From: Lachnospiraceae bacterium
GTDB lineage: Bacteria > Bacillota > Clostridia > Lachnospirales > Lachnospiraceae
Length of the DNA stretch: 64,000 nt
Reading direction: 5' to 3'
Assembly: GCA_024682075.1 (NCBI GenBank)
Contig: JAIKZQ010000050.1
Coordinates: 40,718-104,717 of the forward strand
The notes beneath the pieces were generated by a model. The model saw only the letters and a program-made list of their open reading frames with translations, was not told the origin of the DNA and did no database searches. The translations under genes and the position numbers were made by a program. Positions 56,353 to 64,000 of this stretch are shown piece after piece. Numbering within the stretch: the first letter of the stretch is position 1; every line of letters starts with the position of its first letter.

Positions 56353-57594
56353 TCACAACATGCCGGTCGCATTTGCTCGTATCAGTTCCATGCACATCCT
56401 TCCGTTGTGATAAGGGCACTTCCACTCCTCAACCATCGCTTCCGATGTATCCGGATCGCCGCCTTTGTCCACGCGGTAGAACCATTCGCTTCCGTTTCTC
56501 TTATCGAATACATGCTCCTTAATGAAATCAAGTTCATGTATTGCTCCGTCCAGATACTCTTCGCGCTCTTCCCTCAGGTATCCGTTCAGAAAACCGAGTA
56601 CCGCTTCAGCCTGAACCCACCAGTCGCGGCGCTCGTTCACGATCCCGTTTTCACTCTCGGCAGGAAGAGATCTTCCGTCAAAAGCCTTACTGAATATGGT
56701 CTCTGTGAGATCCTTTATCATTGGATCCGTCTTTTCCGCCAGGAAATCATAACCGCTTATCCTGCATCCTTTTTCGATGAGCCATGCGGCTTCTATGTCG
56801 TGGCCGAAGGAATGAAGATCGATGATGGTTTCGAATTCATCATTAAAGAAAACTCCCAGCCTGTGAAGTTCCGGCTCGTAGATCTGCACGACAAAATCAT
56901 CCGCAAGTGCGGCGATCCTGTTCTGATAATACGGCGATCCGGACACCCTGTACAATTCGGTATACGCCTCGAACACATGAAGAAGAGTGTTCATCGTCCT
57001 GTCGGCCATTACTCCGTTTTCGGACAGCTTGTCGTTTTCCTCGGGGCCAAACTCCCGGCTCTGTGCTTCAAGATATCCCTTATCATCCCTGCACTTTGCC
57101 TCGATCAGCTCTGCCATGTCGATTGCTGCTTCCAGTGCATCCATATCGCCCGATGCGTCAAAATACGACGAGAGCGCATACACACAGAACGCCTGATTAT
57201 AGGTATGCTTTGTTGTGTCCTCGGGATTTCCCTTGCAGTCGACGGACCAGAATATTCCTCCGTTTTCCCTGTCGATGCATTTTTCGGTAATGAAGCGGTA
57301 TCCGTGCCTTGCAAGATCCAGAACCTCTTCCGGAGTTATCCCGTATTCCCCGAACTTATCTCTGTCAAGAAGGCCCTCCTTGTACAGAAGAAAGATATTC
57401 GAGAAAAACCACGTGATGCGGCTCATCAGGATGCATCCCTTGAAAGCCTGAGTGTCCGTCTTGAGATCATAGGATACGTATCCGTAGAATCCTCCGTTTT
57501 CGTCATCGCGAAGGTTCTTCCAGAAAGGATACAGCTTGCCCAGTAGATGATCCGTTGCCCATTCCGACATATGTCTTAACTGTTCCATGGTCAC
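56353..57594 (-). CDS. AGE-family mannobiose/cellobiose 2-epimerase
   Basis: KHTYNQAF, MNTLLHVFEAY, SFGHDIEAAW, WWVQAE and WKCPYHNGRM. Confidence 0.92.
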   Translation of the reverse strand: MTMEQLRHMSEWATDHLLGKLYPFWKNLRDDENGGFYGYVSYDLKTDTQAFKGCILMSRITWFFSNIFLLYKEGLLDRDKFGEYGITPEEVLDLARHGYRFITEKCIDRENGGIFWSVDCKGNPEDTTKHTYNQAFCVYALSSYFDASGDMDALEAAIDMAELIEAKCRDDKGYLEAQSREFGPEENDKLSENGVMADRTMNTLLHVFEAYTELYRVSGSPYYQNRIAALADDFVVQIYEPELHRLGVFFNDEFETIIDLHSFGHDIEAAWLIEKGCRISGYDFLAEKTDPMIKDLTETIFSKAFDGRSLPAESENGIVNERRDWWVQAEAVLGFLNGYLREEREEYLDGAIHELDFIKEHVFDKRNGSEWFYRVDKGGDPDTSEAMVEEWKCPYHNGRMCMELIRANATGML

Positions 57595-57632
57595 CTCTTT
57601 TCGCAGTGTGCGGAAAACATTCGCCGGCCGGC

Positions 57633-58658
57633 TTATCTGATTCCGAGTTCGGTATCGGAATCCGTCACGTGGCTGTGAGCCTTGATGTAATCAACGATCA
57701 GGTCAACCTTTGTGAAAGCAAGAGATACATAGCTGTCAGCACATCCGTAATAAAGTGCAATCCTTCCGGTCGCGGGATCATGAACCGTAGCGCAGGGGAA
57801 GCACACATTGGGAACAAAGCCTCTTTCCTCGTACCACTCTTCGGGGGTCAGAAGGAAATTCTCGCATCTGTAAAGGACCTTCGAAGGCTCGTTGATGTCA
57901 AGGATCGCGCCTCCGATCGAATAGACATAACCGTTGCATGTACCGGATACGCCGTGATAGAACATCAGCCATCCTTCGGTAGTCTCAATGGGTGCTGCGC
58001 CTCCGCCGATCTTAAGGCTCTCCCACCACTCGTAGCTCCTGCTCATTACATGGCGGTGCTTGCCCCAGTAGACCATGTCAGGGCTCTGTGAAAGGAAGAT
58101 GTCACCGAAAGGAGTATGTCCGGAATCCGAAGGTCTGGAAAGAAGAACATAATTGCCGTTTATCTTCCTGGGGAACAGGACCGCATTCCTGTTAAAAGGA
58201 ATGAACGGATTCTCTATTCTGGTGAAAGTCTTGAAGTCCGTAGTCTTGGCAATGCCGATCGCAGCTCCGAAGAAATCCTGGCACCAGATCACATAATATG
58301 TATCCTCAACCTTTACCAGCCTGGGATCGTATGCATATACGGGCATGAATTCCTTGCCCTCTTCATCAACAAATTTGATCTTGTCATGCTCGAAATCCCA
58401 ATGAATGCCATCCTTGCTTCTTCCGAAGTAGATAAAGGACACTCCGTTTCTCTGCTCACCCCTGAACACTCCGACAAAGGCACCTTCATATGCCACGACG
58501 GCGCTGTTGAAGATCCTTGCAACTCCCTCTATGGGATTGCGCTCTATGATGGGGTTCTCCGAATATCTCCAGATGGGAGCATCCTGGAATGAATCTGGGC
58601 CGTCCTGCCAGGGCATGTTGGGTACATCGGGTGCATTAAGTATCTTGATATCGCTCAT
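57633..58658 (-). CDS. GH130_2 beta-1,4-mannooligosaccharide phosphorylase
   Basis: IFNSAVV, YAYDPRL, NRNAVLFPRKING, RPSDSGHTPFGDI, KIGGG and VPNVCFP; ATG at 58658 after aaggag. Confidence 0.92.
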   Translation of the reverse strand: MSDIKILNAPDVPNMPWQDGPDSFQDAPIWRYSENPIIERNPIEGVARIFNSAVVAYEGAFVGVFRGEQRNGVSFIYFGRSKDGIHWDFEHDKIKFVDEEGKEFMPVYAYDPRLVKVEDTYYVIWCQDFFGAAIGIAKTTDFKTFTRIENPFIPFNRNAVLFPRKINGNYVLLSRPSDSGHTPFGDIFLSQSPDMVYWGKHRHVMSRSYEWWESLKIGGGAAPIETTEGWLMFYHGVSGTCNGYVYSIGGAILDINEPSKVLYRCENFLLTPEEWYEERGFVPNVCFPCATVHDPATGRIALYYGCADSYVSLAFTKVDLIVDYIKAHSHVTDSDTELGIR

Positions 58659-58684
58659 TTTGTTCTCCTTTTTCAAACTTGGTT

Positions 58685-58824
58685 TGGTTAATTTTTAACT
58701 ACGGTTTGATTAAATTTAATTTATTATCTGAGGTGAGTATATCCCAGTGTTTTTCAATTCTCAAGAGTTTTTGCCGTCAGACCGCATTTTCGGCGTTAAA
58801 TCCACTTTTAGCTAAATTTAACTA
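58685..58824 (-). promoter_or_regulatory. Mannan-operon promoter with candidate operator palindromes
   Basis: Minus strand TTGAGA-N17-TATACT (58764-58736); tagttaaaaattaacca (minus strand, 58685-58701) and tagctaaatttaacta (58809-58824). Confidence 0.6.
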
Positions 58825-59834
58825 TGCACTTTTCTTACACTGTCCTTCTTCACCAGTTTTCCGCTTACTATATGGACGCCCTTCTTATGAGCTTCGCCCC
58901 AGGCTCCCTGAAGTGCCAGTTCAACTGCCTGTCTGGACATTTCCTCAAGATCCACCCCGTAGGTGGTGATCTCCGTGTCGCATATCCCGGGATATGTATA
59001 ATTATCGTATCCGGCGACCGAAATATCCCTCGGAACCCTGTATCCGCTCCGCTCAAGCTTTTTGATCAGATGTCCCGCAGTCAGGTCACAGTTACAGAAG
59101 AAAGCCGTAGGCATATCCTTCGGAAGGATCAGTTTTTTCTCCGTGTCGATGAATCCGCTCTTAAGATCCCTGTCATCTATGATCCATTCCTTCTTAATCT
59201 TCCCGCCGTGCTCAAGAACGGATTTCTGATACCCCAGATATCTGTCAGTGATAGAGCCTGTTGCAAGGACCGTCCCCACATATGCGATCTTCCTGTGCCC
59301 CATCTCGAACAGATAATTGGTCATCGCATATGCTCCGTAAAAGCTGTCCGAGATGACACAGTCGTGAGTTTCGTCCGAATCGGCAAAATCAAGATACACG
59401 AAAGGAAGGCTGAAGCGGTTCCTCATCTTCTCCAGATACTCTTCCGAAATATTGCCCATCACGATATACGCATCCACCTTGCTCTCTTCCAAAAGCCTAG
59501 GCATATCGAGTTCTTTTTCCATGTCGGGGGAGATGACCTCCAGCATGGCAAAACTCCCCATCATGGACGAGATCTTGTTCATGTATTGATACATCTGCCA
59601 GTAAAAACTCGAGAATCTGGCCATGTAGCCGTCTCTTGCTATGATCCCCACATGGCAGCTCGGATGACGTGCCGCATATGTGTGGGGTTCATACCCCAGT
59701 TCCTTGGCAACCCTCTGTATCTCTTCGAGTTTCTTCCTGCTGACTCCTCCCTTTCCGGAAAGAGCCTTTGAAACGGACACTATTGAAACGCCGGTTCTCT
59801 CAGCTATATCCGCAAGTCTTACTTTCTCTGCCAT
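58818..59834 (-). CDS. LacI-family transcriptional regulator (probable mannan-locus regulator)
   Basis: VRLADIAERTGVSIVSVSKAL HTH; PTAFFCNCD, RVPRDISVAGYDN. Confidence 0.9.
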   Translation of the reverse strand: MAEKVRLADIAERTGVSIVSVSKALSGKGGVSRKKLEEIQRVAKELGYEPHTYAARHPSCHVGIIARDGYMARFSSFYWQMYQYMNKISSMMGSFAMLEVISPDMEKELDMPRLLEESKVDAYIVMGNISEEYLEKMRNRFSLPFVYLDFADSDETHDCVISDSFYGAYAMTNYLFEMGHRKIAYVGTVLATGSITDRYLGYQKSVLEHGGKIKKEWIIDDRDLKSGFIDTEKKLILPKDMPTAFFCNCDLTAGHLIKKLERSGYRVPRDISVAGYDNYTYPGICDTEITTYGVDLEEMSRQAVELALQGAWGEAHKKGVHIVSGKLVKKDSVRKVHS

Positions 59835-59879
59835 TTTCTCACCTCACGCTGCATGGGGCCAAACACTGATCCACATAAA

Positions 59880-59909
59880 AAAAGCCTGCAAAGGCGGTAT
59901 GCCTTTGCA
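59880..59909 (-). terminator. Terminator-like hairpin between the MBOAT operon and the LacI gene
   Basis: tgcaaaggc-N5-gcctttgca followed closely by a T run on the minus strand. Confidence 0.6.
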
Positions 59910-59982
59910 AGCATTGTAATATAGGCTTAGTTAAAATTAAACTTGGAATTCTTGCTAAAAATTAACCAATGTTTTTAGTTAA

Positions 59983-61062
59983 CTATTCTGTCGCAAACAT
60001 CAGTGCGTAATCATAATTCGTATAAAACTCTTCGACAGACTCAAAATACTCACGGTATGTGTCCCCGGTCAGTTCATGCTCCCCGGCGGCCATCTGCTCA
60101 AGGATCCTGTCGGATATCTCTCCGCTGTAATGATACATGTCCGAGTAATTGTTCAAGTCGGTTATCATGTCCGTGTCATCGTAGAAGCAGAATACATGCA
60201 CATTATCATATTTCAGCATTTCCCCGGTCATGATCTCCATGGTTTCGATATATGCAGGCATGGTACCAAGGGCAATATGAGCGCCTATCCATTCTGCAAT
60301 GCTGTATGGAGGGAAGAAATAATAGAACTCAACATCCGGATAAGCCTCCACGTTGGCAGCAAGATTGCATCTGATGTTTTCCGTCAGCATCAGGCGTTCC
60401 TCCTCTGTCAGATGTCTTTGCAAGACGGCGGGCTCTATCGTGACTATGTCCTGAAGGGCGTATGCCGCACCGAGAGGCCTGTCCTCGGCAAATCTCATAT
60501 AATCTTCCATCGTGTCGGAGGGAATGCCCCTGATCGTCCTTAAGATGATCGGACACACATACTCAAACAGCACGTCTCCGTTGAACAAATATTCCTCATC
60601 GTTATACGGATCGTCATCATACAGATACACCGGGTCGGGTGCCTCGGGATTTCTGTAATCCTTGTCGAACAGCACAAACGAAGTGTCCATGCTCCTGATC
60701 ACCACCTTCAGATCGGGATTGTATTCAAGGGCTCTCCTCTCGGTATCTGCGATCTCCCTGTAATACCCTCCGGCGCAGGTCGCTTTAACGCTCGTTCCGC
60801 CAAACAGCTCATCGCAAAGCGAAACCCTGAAATTCTCGGAAACCGAAGTGCCCGTTATCAGGATGTCATAATCGAAATTCCTGATGATCCCGTCATTCTG
60901 GTATCTCTCGTCATCCATGATGTATGAAAAGCCGGGCAGCGGAGCATGAAAATGAAAGAATGGATCGATCAGCAGGACAAGCCCTGCCGCCAAAAGCATC
61001 AGCAGGGTTGTGAATGAGATCATCAGTATGAGACATTTTTTCCAGTTTTTCTTATCTTCCAT
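59983..61062 (-). CDS. Membrane-anchored SGNH-like partner of the MBOAT (AlgX/PatB/DltD-like role)
   Basis: N-terminal TM...IDPF, ITGTSVSENF (GxS-like), FFPPYS and DMYHYS (DxxH); ATG at 61062 just after the MBOAT stop. Confidence 0.65.
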   Translation of the reverse strand: MEDKKNWKKCLILMISFTTLLMLLAAGLVLLIDPFFHFHAPLPGFSYIMDDERYQNDGIIRNFDYDILITGTSVSENFRVSLCDELFGGTSVKATCAGGYYREIADTERRALEYNPDLKVVIRSMDTSFVLFDKDYRNPEAPDPVYLYDDDPYNDEEYLFNGDVLFEYVCPIILRTIRGIPSDTMEDYMRFAEDRPLGAAYALQDIVTIEPAVLQRHLTEEERLMLTENIRCNLAANVEAYPDVEFYYFFPPYSIAEWIGAHIALGTMPAYIETMEIMTGEMLKYDNVHVFCFYDDTDMITDLNNYSDMYHYSGEISDRILEQMAAGEHELTGDTYREYFESVEEFYTNYDYALMFATE

Positions 61063-61063
61063 G

Positions 61064-62473
61064 TCAGAATTTGAAATAAATGAACTCCGATACTCCGTAT
61101 GCATAAAGGAACGAAAACACGAACAGCATTCCGGTCACAAGGGCCAGTGCAATTCCGGGCTTGTATTTCTTTTCATAAATGTTTTTCGTGCACTGAATGC
61201 CGGCAAAAGTGACTATGTAGAGCAGAGGCACGAAAAGATTCAGATGATACCTGATAAAAGGCATTCTGAGATTAAAGCAGTCATAAAATGCAGGTGAAGG
61301 AGCAATGACTCCCGGGGTGAACATGCTCTTTATGAAGTTCCCGGCACTGCCCAGGTCGGGAGCTGCAAACAGTATCCATCCGAAATTGACTATGAGAAAT
61401 GTCACGGCGATCCTTACGGGCTTCGGGATGACCCTGATCTTCTCTCCCGCCATCCTTTCAAAGACCATGACAGCTCCGTGCAGCGCTCCCCATAATATGA
61501 ACGACCAGTCCGCGCCATGCCAGAACCCGCTTATCACAAAGACGATCATCATGTTGACATAGGTCCTGAGCCTGCCTTTTTTGTTTCCGCCCAAAGGAAA
61601 ATAGACATATTTGCGGAGAAAAGAAGTGAGTGAGATATGCCATCTTTTCCAGAAATCACTTACGGAATCCGCTTTATACGGCGACATGAAATTCACCGGG
61701 ATGTCTATATTGAACATCTTCGATACGCCTGCTGCCATGTCGCAGTATCCGGAGAAATCCAGATATATCTCAAGTGTATATGCTATGGAACAGAGCCATC
61801 CTTCGGCAAGACTTAAGTCCGCCCCCATCAAAAATCCGTATGTCGATGCGGTGCCAAACCTTGAAGCAAGCAGAAGCTTTTTGGACATTCCCACGGTGAA
61901 CCACACGAATCCCGTCGCGATGTTCTCCGGATCGGGAAGCAGTTTTTTCTCATCGTTTACCTGCGGAACGAATTCCTCATGTCTTGTTATGGGACCCAGT
62001 ATCATTCGGGGAAAGAACCATACATACGCAAGGAAATCCAGAACATCCTCACCCTCTGTCTCGCCGCGATACGAATCCACGGTCCAGGATATCATCTGAA
62101 ACGTGTAATAGCTTATTGCGACAGGGAGGATAATGTCGATCGCGGAAAAATCCCTCTCCACGATCCGTGCAATGTTTTCGGCGAAAAAGTTCAGATACTT
62201 GAAAAGAATAAGCGGAAGAACATTGATCACTATCCCTATTCCGAGAAACAGCGGCTTTCTGTTTTTCAGAAGGAAGCGCGAATAGAGCAGATTAAAGACC
62301 GTAGAGGCCGTCAGCACCAGAAAGGACTCGGCACCATACGTGAAAAAATAGAGCATCGAAGCAAGGATCAGCACGATCTTATTAAGACCGCACTTTCCTT
62401 TTTTCCCGACCGCATAGTACAGGACCAGCACTATGGGAAGGAAGATAAAAAATTTAACAGTTAAAAATCCCAC
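61064..62473 (-). CDS. MBOAT-family O-acyltransferase (AlgI/PatA/DltB-like)
   Basis: LPVAISYYTFQ, FFPRMILGPI, YLDFSGYCDMA, FWKRWHISL, PLGGN and SGFWHGA (catalytic His); GTG start. Confidence 0.92.
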   Translation of the reverse strand: MGFLTVKFFIFLPIVLVLYYAVGKKGKCGLNKIVLILASMLYFFTYGAESFLVLTASTVFNLLYSRFLLKNRKPLFLGIGIVINVLPLILFKYLNFFAENIARIVERDFSAIDIILPVAISYYTFQMISWTVDSYRGETEGEDVLDFLAYVWFFPRMILGPITRHEEFVPQVNDEKKLLPDPENIATGFVWFTVGMSKKLLLASRFGTASTYGFLMGADLSLAEGWLCSIAYTLEIYLDFSGYCDMAAGVSKMFNIDIPVNFMSPYKADSVSDFWKRWHISLTSFLRKYVYFPLGGNKKGRLRTYVNMMIVFVISGFWHGADWSFILWGALHGAVMVFERMAGEKIRVIPKPVRIAVTFLIVNFGWILFAAPDLGSAGNFIKSMFTPGVIAPSPAFYDCFNLRMPFIRYHLNLFVPLLYIVTFAGIQCTKNIYEKKYKPGIALALVTGMLFVFSFLYAYGVSEFIYFKF

Positions 62474-62629
62474 CCCGGATATCTCTTTTCATGAATCAAC
62501 ATAAGCACCGGCCCACGCTCAGACCGGAGCAAAACAGCCACATAAGACATTATAGATTACGAGCCCCGGTCATACAAGGTTCATGCATCCGTCCCCGATC
62601 CGTACAAATGTAGGGGGCCCCGGACAGGT

Positions 62630-63541
62630 TCATACAAATGACATCAGCAGAGTGATCGACAGGAACGAAAAGACAGTCGTTACAATGATGCCGCGAGACA
62701 GTATGTCTGTCCTCTCGCCGCTTTTTTCAGCCTGGATCATCGGGAGATTTCCGACAGGAACGGCACACATCAGACAGAAAGTCCTGATCATGTCATCCGG
62801 TGCACTAAGAGCGCGAAGCACAAGCACTGCTGCGATAGGAACAGCTACCATCCTTATCAGGATGAAAAGCCACAGGCGGATGTCCTTCACTTCACGGGCA
62901 ATGTTGCTTCTCCCGACTGTTGCTCCGAGTATCAGCATCGACAGGAACACCGTGGGACATCCTATGTAATCCACGGTCTTGACCACCACTTCGGGAAACT
63001 CCAGATCGTACCAGAATATGAAGAGTGCAACGACCGCCATGAGCACGCCGGGACTGAGCACCTTACGGAGGTTCATCTTCTCCCTGCCCCGGGAAAGAGC
63101 TATGATCCCGTGCGTGTAGAAAAGAAGACAATAGAACACATTGCAGATTATCACATAGAGCATTGCATTTTCGGGAAGGATCGCCCTGGCAACCGGAATA
63201 CCCAGAAAGCCGACATTTCCGTATATGGTCATGAGGGTGTAGAACTTCTTTTCATCCTTCGGAACTCTGATAAGCACCGGGATGATATACCCGAGCAATA
63301 TGAAGACCAGATATATGACGGCACTTACCAGCACGCCGATCAGAAAATCCCGGTGTGTGACCGTGATGTTGCCCGTTAGTATTGCCGAGACGGTCAGTGC
63401 GGGATTACAGATATCCACCACGATGCGCGATATCACCGGAGTGGATTTTTCACTCAGCACGCCCTTTTTTTGCAAAAATATGCCTATACCGACCAAAACC
63501 GCAATGACCGACATCTGTTTTATCACGACTAAAGATCCCAT
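62630..63541 (-). CDS. AEC (auxin efflux carrier) family transporter
   Basis: YGNVGFLGIP, LSMLILG, FILIRMVAVP and CAVPVG; probable start at 63541 (MGSLVVIKQM). Confidence 0.85.
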   Translation of the reverse strand: MGSLVVIKQMSVIAVLVGIGIFLQKKGVLSEKSTPVISRIVVDICNPALTVSAILTGNITVTHRDFLIGVLVSAVIYLVFILLGYIIPVLIRVPKDEKKFYTLMTIYGNVGFLGIPVARAILPENAMLYVIICNVFYCLLFYTHGIIALSRGREKMNLRKVLSPGVLMAVVALFIFWYDLEFPEVVVKTVDYIGCPTVFLSMLILGATVGRSNIAREVKDIRLWLFILIRMVAVPIAAVLVLRALSAPDDMIRTFCLMCAVPVGNLPMIQAEKSGERTDILSRGIIVTTVFSFLSITLLMSFV

Positions 63542-63810
63542 AATTATACCTTTCGCAAAAGCGGAACAATGCATATAAGCTACTCTCTCCGCGCCTAAAA
63601 GATTATATCCTTTACTTAGGAAATAGAAAACACTCCGTTTTTTTGTTTTTGGAAAACGTTTTTCATATGAAAAACAACGTATTTTTAGCATATTTACTAG
63701 AAAAAATGCATTATTTTGAAGATATTAAAAAATTATTAACCCGAATCGACTGATTTTTGATATAATTACATTTGTATATTCTGCATATTCGCAAAGGATG
63801 TTGAGGTAAA

Positions 63811-64000
63811 ATGGCAAAGAAAAAAATAGCTGTCTTCTCAACCGGGTGGGCTGCTGACATTCTTGCTCAATTCATGAGAGGAATGTACAAGGAACTCTCA
63901 CCCGTCGATACAGATATATATCTGTTCATGAATTATGCCACCCCCGGTGAAACGGAAGGCAATGTCCGCGGCGAGCTTAATATCATGAGACTCCCGGATC
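63811..64000 (+). CDS. N-terminal fragment (runs off the window) of a protein starting with a LacI-type sugar-binding-like domain, probably a signalling protein
   Basis: RBS gagg then MAKKKIAVFSTGWAADILAQFMRGM...NIMRLPD; extended -10 tgatataat at 63758-63766. Confidence 0.55.
   Translation, partial: MAKKKIAVFSTGWAADILAQFMRGMYKELSPVDTDIYLFMNYATPGETEGNVRGELNIMRLPD

Noticed and set aside
56239-57546. 435-aa plus-strand ORF, and similar long antisense ORFs at 51901-52920, 48000-48761, 5669-6448 and 26821-27510
   Set aside because: Each lies opposite a well-supported gene with full catalytic motifs and has no recognisable motif itself. They are shadow ORFs.

Overview
About 64 kb of chromosomal DNA from an anaerobic Firmicute, most likely a gut or rumen Lachnospiraceae/Clostridia relative (inferred from gene content). 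Most of it is near 50% GC, with a visibly AT-rich block at about 450-8600; hand counts give 19/60 GC at 2401-2460 and 30/60 at 12001-12060. Contents in order: (1) a HipA-like kinase pseudogene; (2) a minus-strand surface-glycan cluster with class B sortase, LCP enzyme, SPRTG-anchored protein, glycosyltransferases, Wzm, a Wzt fused to a cohesin-like/TM module, then a low-GC GT4, GT2-GT8, FrhB-pyruvyltransferase and methyltransferase set; (3) a D-Asp ligase/racemase/non-DAP MurE operon; (4) pgi and glgX; (5) a cobalamin riboswitch with a tandem-DUF4430 protein and an ECF S component; (6) a sugar ABC operon with two MalK ATPases and five orphan membrane proteins behind paired LacI/CcpA-type operators; (7) tRNA-Ser(CGA); (8) an EF-Tu-domain-II-like/SseB protein; (9) BlaI with a BlaR1-M23 fusion; (10) an EAL protein and a His-less hybrid kinase; (11) a beta-mannan catabolic locus (GH36, GH113, ManA, CE17, two GH130, epimerase, LacI); (12) an MBOAT/SGNH-like pair and an AEC transporter. 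I saw no CRISPR array, IS element, integrase or rRNA. The strongest candidates for undescribed systems are the sortase B-LCP-Wzm/cohesin-Wzt cluster and the ABC operon with accessory membrane proteins. All family calls come from motifs recognised by eye; no database search was run.
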